Positions 11,300 through 22,300 of a stretch of DNA of 34,347 nucleotides are shown in pieces (within the stretch, counting starts at the first letter, position 1; each line of letters begins with the position of its first letter). The notes below the pieces were generated by a model. It was not told where the DNA came from and ran no database searches. It saw nothing but the letters and a program-made list of their open reading frames with translations. This DNA comes from Lenisia limosa (taxonomy: Eukaryota; Protista; Breviatea): the NCBI GenBank assembly GCA_001655205.1, contig LPNZ01007768.1, positions 1 through 34,347 of the forward strand, in the 5' to 3' direction. The position numbers and the translations under genes are program-made.

Positions 11300-13675
11300 C
11301 TACTTAGATTTATACGTCTCAATAACCCGTGCAATTCTATCAGCCCACACTGATCGCTCTAAAACAACGTCAAAACGGATGCTAACACAATAGAACAAAA
11401 CGTTATCATACCGTTATCAGTCACAGCTCTCAAGTGAACTCTTCGCATTCCCTTCTTCCCTCCAGGCTCTTGTACCTACTGTGTTACATTGATCCTTTCG
11501 TTGTCGATTCCATCCACTTTGTTGCATTCCTCTCATATTCGCACCATAGGACAAGTCATGACAAAGCACACTAACTTACATAAAAGTAAAAGAAACCAGG
11601 CTCTTCACCAATTGGGATATTTTGCTGAATAACTACCTAAATTGTTCATTAAATCACATGAAAGATGGCAAACCTTAGCACCATCCAAATTGACATCACC
11701 CAAACAGAGACCACGAGCCTCGTCCTTCTTGTCATGGTAGTATTGCATCAAATCAGTGGTCAAGACAAAATAGCGGACCTTCCACTTCTTGGACCTGGAC
11801 TGTTACTCTTGCTATTTGTAGATTCATCAAAACCGCCCTATTCTTGACCCACTTGAAAACGCCGCCAATACTTCCTCCTTTCTTCCACATCCGTCCTTGG
11901 CATACAATCCCTCTCTGAACGAGTCAGCAGTAGGAATTGGCATTGGCTGCAACAAATCCATAATAGTACCAACCGAATTGCATGTGATACCGCATTGGAG
12001 TGTAATTTCTGTTTTCACCTAAAGAGTGAAAGAGGTGATACTTCTATCTTACGTCAGTCTCTTCTGTCGGCTCAGGCATCGGTGGAGGCTCAATGATTGG
12101 GTTGTTGGGGTCAAATTGAGTTTCTTCAAACGTTAATCTTTCAACTAAGCATATTGTTCATTTAATACTACCAGCATAATATGATAGCAAGTACCCTCCC
12201 CCGCGCACCACCGCCACTTGGTCTTATCGGTGCAGATGGTGGTGCACGGCCCGGCTTTTGAAGAGGGGTGGGAGGAGCTCCGGGAGGGGCTCTGGTTGGC
12301 GGGCCTGAATGTGAGTGAGGCTGACGATGGGCTACCTTTGGATGGTGGCGGTCCTGAGGGCGGTGCGCGTGAAGGCGGTCCTCCAGAGGGGGGCGGACCT
12401 AGGGGGTCATTTCCAATGTCCATTATGAGATCTCAACTCACCCTTGCGTGGAGCTCTGGATGGGGGACCAGATTTGGGGAGATTTGAGGGGGGAGCTCTT
12501 GTTGGCCTCTGTGCTCCAGACTTCTTACTTCCTGGGTTGATGACGAAAGAGTGTTAAATTTCAACATCAATTACTTCCAATTTACGTTGGTATTGGAGAG
12601 CGCAATTCATGTGGTACGGTTTTTCGTCAATTATTTGGCATTGGTCTCCAGCAGGGAGAACCTGGGAAGTGAGAAGTGTAGGCATTGGTTGTTACTCACT
12701 TCATGACACCATGTGCACTGCACTCCTTTGACATCTTGAATATGCGCTTTGCTGGACAGGTGATGATATGTTCTCAGATTAGATCTGTACTTTCTTTATA
12801 GACTGAATGTAACACGAAGAAGAGTGACCGAGGATGGGAATCCGGAACCTACCAATAAGGCCATCCATTATGGCCATAATACTCGACCCCAACAAGAGGA
12901 GGCGCGTCTTTTGGACAGAACGGACACCGGAAACAATCTGCCAAGGTAAAATAATTAAACAGAACCTATTGCACAGAGAACAAAAACACGAAAATAATGA
13001 AGCACCCAACCAAAAATTAATGCAATAATAACTTTGAAAAGCCCTCTGACACCCCCCACCCCTCACTTTTATGCCATGTTTCATCCAAGGCATTGATCCA
13101 TCTGCCTGATAGTACTTCGTTGCACACTACACATGTACCAGTCTCAACGTGTCCTCCTGACACTTGCTCCCTGTAGGTCAGATCTTTTGACAGATTCGGC
13201 TTGCACCCTAGCACTTTTACTGATCCAATCCCGCAAACAGCTTGCCATAGCAGTTATCACAAACAACATCTTGGCCGTCCTGTGATGGATGTGTTCTTTT
13301 GCCGGTTAATTTCAGACCACAGTCGACACACGAGAAACATGCTCGATGATACTGCGCTGTCAGACTGAAGTTAACTCACAGCATTGCATCGTGGAGAATC
13401 TGCTAAAGTACAAACATATTTAGTATCCAAATATTAAAAAATATATATAGCATAATAAATTCCTCCAAGGTTCTTGAAGAGTTATAAAACTCCAGATCAT
13501 AATCAGATGAATACAACAACAAGTTCCAATGAGTAGAATATGTGTACTGTCTCACAGCTAATTATGCATCAAACAGATACTTCAGACAAAAAATTCCCCC
13601 TCTCACATCACTTTGGCCAGCCGCACAATCCATAGGATATACTGGCTTCGAGCATCTTCGGCATGGTGTTGACAT
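11300..13675 (-). CDS. LIM-domain protein: two LIM domains, one half-LIM zinc finger, a Pro-rich linker and a C-terminal PH domain
   Basis: MSTPCRRCSKPVYPMD...YHRACFSCVDCGLKL...VCDNCY; CVVCNEVLSGRWINALDETWHKDCFRCPFC...PYCKAH; CTWCHEVL...PYHMNC. PPSRAPP repeats follow. The PH domain reads GRMWKKRG...KKWKVRYFVLTTDLMQYYHDKK...LGDVNL...FYFYVQ...VHLRAVTDNERSVWADRIARVIETYKSK*. Confidence 0.85.
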
Positions 13676-14181
13676 GACGATCACTGGAAATGAAATGAGG
13701 TGAGTGATTCAATTTTTGAGCAAGATAACACAAGCTAATTCTGGACCAAATTCTGAGCAGATGATTCAACGCCAATGCAAAGCCAGCATACAGCAAGATG
13801 AGCTGGAGGTGTTGCGAGTTCCCCAAAATCAATCTCGGCTCGCGGATTATTTTTTTCTCTCCTCTCTTATTCTTTGTTATATTTCTCTGCCTCTAATTTC
13901 AATATTTTAATTTCCAACTTCCCCCCCCCCTTTTTTCTCTCACCCCGCAACGAGCCTACCCCGGGCGGTCCCCTATTTTTCGGGCAGCTTGGAGTGCTTG
14001 AAGGTGTTTCTATACACCCAATATTCCTAGCTCAGTTTGGATTTCTCCTCTACGTGTCAATAAATATCATAAAACAAAAAAAAACCCTCCTTTAGTTTTT
14101 TTTATATATTCAAACGAAGCAAAAACCAGGTTTAACTTATTACATTAATGGACACGAAGTTGGACAGGAGAACAAAAAGAC

Positions 14182-15580
14182 CTAGGCGAGGCCAGCAGCC
14201 TTCATCTCGGCCATGATAGCTTCACCGAGCTTGGTGGGGGAGTTGACGACGTGCATGCCAGCGTCAGTCATAGCAGAAAGTTTGGCCTCAGCAGTACCCT
14301 TGCCGCCAGAAACAATAGCACCAGCGTGACCTGGGAAGTGACCAATGCCGACAACATCAAGGTGGTTAGAAGGAAGCTGACATACCCATGCGACGGCCGG
14401 GGGGAGCAGAAACACCAGCAATGAAACCAGCCATGGGCTTCTTAATATTCTCCTTGGCCCACTCAGCAGCCTCCTCTTCGGCAGAACCACCAATCTCTCC
14501 GATCATGATGATACCTTCTGTCTCGGGGTCCTCGTTGAAGGCCTGTGTGTATGAGAGGAAGGGGTTCAACACAAAAAGAAGTACTAGGTGATCCCCCGAG
14601 GGAAAGATGGGCCACATACCTTGAGAACGTCAATGAAGTCGGTTCCAGCGAAAGCATCTCCACCAATGCCAACAACGGTGGACTGGCCAAGACCTTGGTT
14701 GGTGGTCTGGAGAACAGCCTCGTAGGTCAGGGTACCGGAGCGAGAGACGACACCAATCTTGCCAGGCATATGAATGTGAGCAGGCATGATACCGATCTTG
14801 CACTCTCCGGGCTTGATGATACCTAAAAAGTCAACCAAAGGGAACACGCAGCAGGAAGAACAATTCAGATCAACCGCAAACCGGGGCAGTTAGGGCCGAT
14901 AAGACGGGTCTTGTTCTGCTTGTTGAGGGCAGCCTTGACGCGGACCATGTCTTGTTGGGGGATACCCTCGGTAATGCAAACAATAAGGGGAGTCTCGGCC
15001 TCAATGCAGTCCATGATGGCCTTAATTATTATCACTGAACATGGCCAATGTAATTTAGAATTTAGAAATTTAGGGGGTACTACCGCACAAACCATTATTT
15101 TGGTGAATCAGGATATGAAAAGAAGAGCTCTCACCTTGTATCCAGCGGGAGGAGGAACGAAGAGCATGGCGCAGTCAACATCAGTCTCCTTGCGGCACTA
15201 AAAGAGCAATCAAACCAAAGATGGCAGAAGGGATCTCCCTCTTGAAATTATAACAAAATTGTTTTTTTTTTACTGAAATAGGTTATTCCTTACCTCAGCG
15301 ATATCCTTGAAGACAGGGAGTCCAAGATGAGTGGTTCCAGCCTTCTTAGGGGAAATACCACCAACAAAGTTGGTACCGTACTTGATGCACTGCTCAGAGT
15401 GGAAAGTACCCTGCTTGCCTACGCCAGTAAGAGTTTGGGGAACGCCAATTGCCTACCAGTGAAGCCAACGGTGGCAACGGTAGTGTTCTTGTTGACAAAA
15501 ACGTAAGGAGCGGTGCTCAGAGTACGAGCAACGGCAGCCACGGGGGCTGGCTTGAAGAGATTGCGAAGAGAAGAAAGCAT
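14182..15580 (-). CDS. SUCLG1: Succinyl-CoA ligase alpha subunit with N-terminal mitochondrial/MRO targeting peptide
   Basis: Exons give [110 protein letters not shown] and PPGRRMGHAGAI (catalytic His). Confidence 0.97.
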
Positions 15581-15923
15581 TTTCCTAAAAAAAACATTAA
15601 AAACATTGATAATGTAATGAATTGGCAATGGAATGAGCCTTTTCAGCAGTTGTGTATAAAAATACTAAGCTAAAAATATAATCCTTGATCTCCTTATGGG
15701 ATATTAATTAACACAACACAACGCTCACCAATTCTTAACAAGTATTTTTGAAAAAACAAAAATTTACTTAAGTACTAAACGCTAGCGCGCAACGCAATGT
15801 GCATCTTTTTGGTGAACAAATTATTTGCGAGGCCTTTTACGCCATTGATCACATAAAGCCTTTTTTTATATCTCTTTTTTAATTTGTGGAATAGTTATTA
15901 GTTTTTGACCTCACCAAGTGAAT

Positions 15924-16860
15924 ATGGCTGACGCGAAAGAACCCTCTCTTGATTCTGTCGAGAAAAATGCCACTACTGGAGAAAACAAATGGAATGCCGA
16001 CCACCCAAGGAACCTGAAAAGTGGTCGCTTCTGGAAGAGCTCAGCCAAGCCGTGGGTCGGTCATCCACCTTCTGATTACCCCTTGTTGATTTTGTGTTTT
16101 ATTGATAATGTTATTTATGGAAATAGGAGCCATACAAGAAACGCTACAAAAGTCCTCCATACTTCATGGGCAAAGAAACAGGAGATCAAAGCTAAGAAAA
16201 AGCTTGTCCAAGCAAAACAGAAAGAGACACGTGACGCAGCAAAGAGAGAAAAGGAGGTTTGTTTCAACCATTGAGTACCTTTCCACTCTTTTAGAACGGG
16301 GTATAGGCTTGGGGATTGGATTTACTGGGAGTATTTTGGGGTTTACAATCATGTTTCAAGTGTCATCCTTTGTTTTTTGAGCAAGAGAAATAATATACAT
16401 TTGACCAGTCTAGGAGTACTGGAAAAGAAGGAGGGAGAACGAAGAACGCCGTAAAATCAATGAAAAGAAGGCCGAAGTTACAGTTAACGTAAGCAGGTTG
16501 ATGTTGTATTGCACGCGTTTCTAGTGCTGATTTGCTATTTTGAAACTGTGAGGCTTTCTTTCAATAGAAAACGGCAAAAGCCGAATGTAAAAAACCTGGA
16601 ACGATTTTGATACCCCCCCCCCCCCANNNNNNNNNNNNNNNNNNNNNNNNNNNNNNNNNNNNNNNNNNNNNNNNNNNNNNNNNNNNNNNNNNNNNNNNNN
16701 NNNNNNNNNNNNAAATACAATATAGTGTTGTCATAATACTTTTTGATTTTGTATGAGGACGAGCTTTCTGGGTTTGACGTTCCAGATTACAAACTCTCGA
16801 AAACTTAAGAGACTATCAAAGAAGCAACTCCGCAACATTCGTGTTGTCGGTGAGAACTAA
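15924..16860 (+). CDS. CGR1: Cgr1/CCDC86-family ribosome biogenesis coiled-coil protein (4 exons; last intron contains an N gap)
   Basis: KSGRFWKSSAKP|SHTRNATKVLHTSWAKKQEIKAKKKLVQAKQKETRDAAKREKE|EYWKRRRENEERRKINEKKAEVTVN|ITNSRKLKRLSKKQLRNIRVVGEN*. Confidence 0.88.
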
Positions 16861-17127
16861 GTTATGTTGTTTTAGGTCTTTCAATATTGTTTTATGGTAT
16901 TCTATGCATCTATTTGAATTTCTTTGTTATGGTGGTAAAGTGAAGTAGTGGGAAGGGGGGGGGGGGGNNNNNNNNNNNNNCAATTGAAACGAGGGGGCAA
17001 GGGGGGCAATTGAAATGTGGACTTCCCCACCCCGCGTGGTGGGTTGGTGTTATTTTATTATTTTCATATTTATATATTGATTTGATATTTATTTGTTTTG
17101 ATTATTTCTTATTGGTATTTGAATTGG

Positions 17128-19212
17128 ATGTTTGAAGCAGTCAAGAAGTAATTGAGTGAGTCTTCTACGATACACCCCGTGCTCTGACCTTCTGACCACA
17201 CCAACCTAACGCACCAAATCCCAAATAGTCTGGTCCAAAAAGCCGTTGGTTTGGAAGGGTGGAAGGTGACAGTTGAATTTCATGTGATTGAAGAACAATG
17301 CCAATACCAATTGTTTGCAGGTGAATTTTTTTTTTGCCTAATATGATTGTTGCACTTTGAAAATATATTCTCCAACCCAATCAATTGTTTACTGATTACA
17401 CCATTCCTCTATAGATGGAAGCTGTGGATGGTTCCCTCCTGAGATATGGCCAAAAGCCTGAACAAGTATGCTTCATGACAGGTAGGATTAGTTTCACATC
17501 CCCCAAAACCTATGTTCTTGACACAATAGTTAATGACACCACCAAAGCGGCTGTACTTGTTCCAGGTCTCACTGAAGGTTTGTTTTCTTTAGTATATGAT
17601 ATCATATATATATATCATATATATACATCTATTAATTGATATGATATATAGAATATAGTATATGATATATTAATTGATATGATATTAGTATATCTCATAA
17701 ATTATATGTACAACTATACTTAGATGTAATAATTCATATCGTGATAATGATAAAAAGAGCTTCAAAGTGTCAGATATTTTGTAGTATGCCGTCTTAACTT
17801 GTTTGTTATTTAGGACCACTCTGTATTGAGTATACCGAAAAGCTCATGAGAATGTTTTCGTCACATGGCTACTCTTTTGTAATGGTATGAGAGAAGACTC
17901 TCAATTTAAAGTTCATTACAGGTGACAAATAGTTTGGGAGTTCCTATGTGTATGATAATGTCACGAAACTTCAGAGAAATGGGGGTGATGAAACTTCCAA
18001 TTCAGTAATACATCTAGCCATGGCTTGGTTCATCTTACCTTGGTTATGGTCGCACAGACCTCAACAACGATGCTGAGGACCTGCTTACATTGATCAACAA
18101 ACTCAACTGTGACAATCTTATCCTAATTGGTACTTTGGGTCAATAGCAACCACTGGATCACTACTTTAGTATCGTGAGTTCACAACTTTAGGGCATAGTA
18201 CAGGGTGTCAGTCAATCTTAACTTTACTCCATTCACATTCCATCGTCTGCTGGGAAAGTGATTTCAAGCAGTCCATCCTGATTACCTTTTACCTTATGAA
18301 TTTAGTCATCTTTGAAAGGTGTTGTTCTCCAGTCTCCAATAAGTGATTGTGAAAGCATGGTTGGCTGGAAGTCCTTGTGTTCCTTGGGCCTGCTTTCTAT
18401 ATAATCATGGTGAATAATAGATAAATTAAATAGCAACACAAAATCTTTCTTTCCTTTACCTTATTGATTTCTAATCCCCGAAGTCCGAAGAGGAGACACG
18501 AGATATGGTCCAACTTGCGAAGTCAATGGTTGAAAAAGTGGGCATGGTTACTCATGCATGACGCAATGACACAACTTCATTCAAGGCAACGAGAAATCCT
18601 CGTTAAATATCGATATTTTTTTCGTTGTTCCTAACAGGGTAGGGACAAGGCAGTTGGCACATGCCACCCCACGCCGACCCTTGCGGCTCAGCTATCACTG
18701 CCACAAGGTTCCTCAGCTTAAATACGCGTACTTGGGGTGACTGTTTACAACAACCAATTTGGGGGGGGGGGAGGGGGGAGGGAGTCACTTGCACGATATT
18801 CAACAGAAGGGTTTATTATGTAGAATTCTGGTGTCTTTGATAACGGAAATTCAGATATTGGTCTGGACAATCTCTTCACAACTCTTCGAGGAACACCACT
18901 ACCATTGGGTAGCCTCAAAATCTTGGAGATACCGATCATCTTCGCTTTTTCACTCGGTTTTTAGGGATCCCATGTTTTGAAGTGAATTTTCTGCTTCACG
19001 GATATTATTCCTCCAGATGATGAGTATGTTCCAATCAAAAAGGAGGCATACGATGGAATTGAGAAGCACTACTCGGGTTTACAACAGCCCATATTCCTGT
19101 GAGCTTTGTCTCTTTCTTGACCGATTCCAGCCGATTTCACGGCAATCATGCCCTTGATGGTGAAGACTCTAATCTCTTCATTTTCCAGATTCAGTCCTAT
19201 CTCAAATTGTAG
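17128..19212 (+). CDS. DUF1749 (UPF0613) alpha/beta-hydrolase; start codon uncertain (17128 or 17415)
   Basis: Exons give VLVPGLTEG, LGSSYLGYGRTDLNNDAEDL, nucleophile elbow LIGHSTGCQ, VVLQSPISDCE, AITATRFLSL, FAFSLDDEYVP and HGNHAL. Ser, Asp and His of the catalytic triad are all present. Confidence 0.85.
17597..17740. repeat. AT-rich degenerate TATCAT/ATGATA low-complexity tract in an intron; similar tracts near 3375-3470 and 23871-23935
   Basis: Repeated atgatat/tatcatat motifs are directly visible. Confidence 0.7.
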
Positions 19213-19350
19213 TAAAAATGGTAGGTATGCAGAAGATGAATTTCTTTCCGCCTTACGCCCGGTCCCAATCAATTTCTCATTGGAAAAAGGAAACATTTAT
19301 ATATTGTATGGTACACAATAAAATACAAAACATAGTTACATCGTGAGTAG

Positions 19351-22300
19351 TTATACCTGTCCCCCCCGCCGCCTGTTCTGTGCCTCTCTCCTGCTTTGTG
19401 AAGGACGTGGCGGCCGACGTGTACGCTCATCTGCAGTGTTAACAACGTATATTCAGCAAACCAGTGCTTCGCCAAGTCTTCTGTCGGACCGGCGACGGTG
19501 ATGACTCCACTTCCGGCTCATCGGCAAAGAACGGATCAGAAGGCGTGTCGGAAGCTGCAGACTCGGCCGAACTCATTCCATCCCAAATGTCATCAAATAT
19601 GTCACTACTGCAAAGTGAGAAGGAACGTTTCAGAAGGACAAACTTTTGTTTTTTGGGATTGGACGAATGAACAGCTCGTTTCGGATCTTTGCGATCGATG
19701 ACGTCACAGTGGTATGTTTCAAAGCCGTCCCGCTTGTGGCGGCCGGAATGTCTGTTGAGTTAGTGCTTCATTAGGACAGTTTATCCTCACCTTGGTAGGT
19801 CCCGGCTTGGGCTGCGGGACCTTGAATGCGATCGTCGTCCACGTCTCTTGTGTTTCCTGAAAGTCACGTCAGTACTGCTGGGCGATATCCTACCTTGACG
19901 CCTGAGGTGACACTTCTCTTCGTTCCTCACTCCTTCTACGGTGCCTTTCACGTGACCTGCTCCTTCTGTCCTCCCTCCTCTCAGGCCATCTCCCATCCCT
20001 TCTACGTTCATCCCTTTCTCTCCTCCTTTCGTTTCTATCCCGCCCTCTTTTCTCGGCTCTGTCATCATCTCGGTGTTTTCTCTTGCTTGCCAGTTCATTT
20101 CTTTCAGAACTGTAATGTCTGCTACTCTTACGCTGCTTGTCGCTCTGGTACTTTGTAATGGCAGAGTCCACCATTTCCTCAGCCATCTCAATTTGCGCAG
20201 ACGTGAGTGGATGGCGCGCAGCTGGCATTGTAAGCTGAAAAGAATACTCAAACAAAAACAAAGTAACACCGAGTATTTCAATCACCTACCAAGACTTGAA
20301 GCAATGGTGTGCGCAGAATCCCCGGATATAACCTGTACAGTGAGATAGCCCCCTAAACGTTTAACACCCTACCGTAATCCTTTCAGTGTTGCCTCGGCCG
20401 ATTGGAACAGTCATTTTGAAGAGGGGAGGGCGGAAAGTGGAAGTAACTTTCGGGGCTTTCTCCGGGACAGAAGCACCTAAAAAGTCAAGGCTTGAACGGA
20501 GTTTGGACAATTACCCCCCCCCCCTACGCCCTGCTTTCNNNNNNNNNNNNNNNNNNNNNNNNNNNNNNNNNNNNNNNNNNNNNNNNNNNNNNNNNNNNNN
20601 NNNNNGGGTCGCTGTTTCGACTTCGCAAGACTGGCTTTAGTCTGACGCACCACAGCCGGCTTGTCTATAATGTTGTAAGTTATGAGCTGCCTTAAATGAA
20701 AGGACACTAAATCAAGCTACCCCCTTCAAGTCCACTTTTAGAGATCAAGTTGACCACAGTCATACTTTGAACAGGCGCAGGTTCCGGCACCGGGACAGGT
20801 TCCTCTTGGGGCGGCGGAGATGGTTTCTAGGAGGTAAACCCAAACTTGCAATCAACGAAGACGTAACGCGAACGTAAAACTGTTTCCAGGGAATAAAGCA
20901 TTCAAGTTGGACCTTTTTCACCCTCTCTACCTGTGGGTGGGCTTCTGTGTAAGTGGTAGTTTTGGGGGGAGTGGGAGGGAGGGGCAATGCGGGTGGGGAC
21001 TGGACAGTTTCGAAAACGGGTCTGAACGAAGGGTTGCGGATAGACTGAGAGATAAGTCAGTGAAGAAGAAGCCTACAGAAGCCATATCGGCGATTCTCTG
21101 GCTTTTGATAACATGCGTCTTGGGTTGTGCCACAGGGCTTGATACTAGTGCCGTCGCGGGGGTTGGGACTGTTGGGGTGAGAGCTGTTGGCTAGAAATAA
21201 AGTTATGTTGTGGATGGCTTTGGCCAATACAATCTTTTTTCTTCGACAAACTCTGTGAAGGAATAGAAAGAGAAAATGACAAATATCTTGAAATAATAAT
21301 TCATACCTGTCGTAATCACTACACACTGTATTTTCGCCTCCCCAACAGGAGATAATGTATCAAATGTGATAGACCACAGCTTACTGATTTGGACCACAAG
21401 ATCCCTGTCGATCAAAGCCGAGGAAGGCAGGGGGTCTCCCGACATGTGAAGTCTTTGGATTCGCAGTATCACCTCGGCCAAATTCTCAGCCTTTTCAGTG
21501 AGCACGAAATCAGGGCAACAAGCATGTATTTTGAAAAGCGACAGCATACCTGCGATCTTCTGAGCTGGTAGGCTGCACCAAACGAGAGGCCAGAACTAAT
21601 TGAGTCGTCTCCGGGCCGAACAAGGAGAGCACCAGACTGGTTGTTGTTATTTACGAATTAATGAAAGGGTTGGTTGGTAGACAAGATAAACAAAGTGTAG
21701 CAGGTCTATAGGTATGGTGAGCAATGTGCAATATTCAACCTTTCCTGTTCTGATTGGAACATGAATAGTAGCGATTGGCTCTCCACGGGCTGAATTGGTG
21801 AAAATAAAAACCAAATCTACTACGTGGAAATGAGCTGCTACAAAGAGGTTGTATCTGGAGAATCTAACCTTTGCGCTCGTTCGATCGTGTGCCTGAGTGT
21901 AGCTTAGGAGGCTCAGCTACAGTGTAGTGCGAATTGGCATCGGGTCGGAAGAAGAGTTGACCTGAACTGTAAGAAAAGAGGGAACTACTCTTTAACAAAT
22001 GCGGGCAAATGACTCCTCCTACCAGTTCCCTTGGCTGCTTCTGCCCTATTTTTGGACATTGATGCTAGAGGCTGACGAGATTTCGGTTTGTCTAAATAGT
22101 TGGATGGCTGAGGAGGATGCGGAAAGGATAACTTGAGAAGCCACCAAGGTCAATTTATTTAAAGATTGAAACCGAAGGTCAATAATACATAATCGAGACA
22201 TACTCGAGATGTGGCGTGCTTTTGTGGCTGTCTGATGGTCCATCTAAAAATTAAATCATCAGTATTCAAGTCTCACCTGGGCCTTCACAATGATTGCAAG

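Noticed and set aside
12752-12852. Apparent in-frame TAA (12796-12798) in the LIM gene, suggesting stop-codon recoding
   Set aside because: Treating 12852-12752 as one 101-nt intron gives PYC|KAH, a proper LIM C-x2-H end. All traced genes end normally in TAA, TAG or TGA.
590-20524. G/C homopolymer tracts as G-quadruplex or splicing signals
   Set aside because: No consistent strand or position relative to splice sites. Several lie next to N gaps, so their lengths are unreliable.
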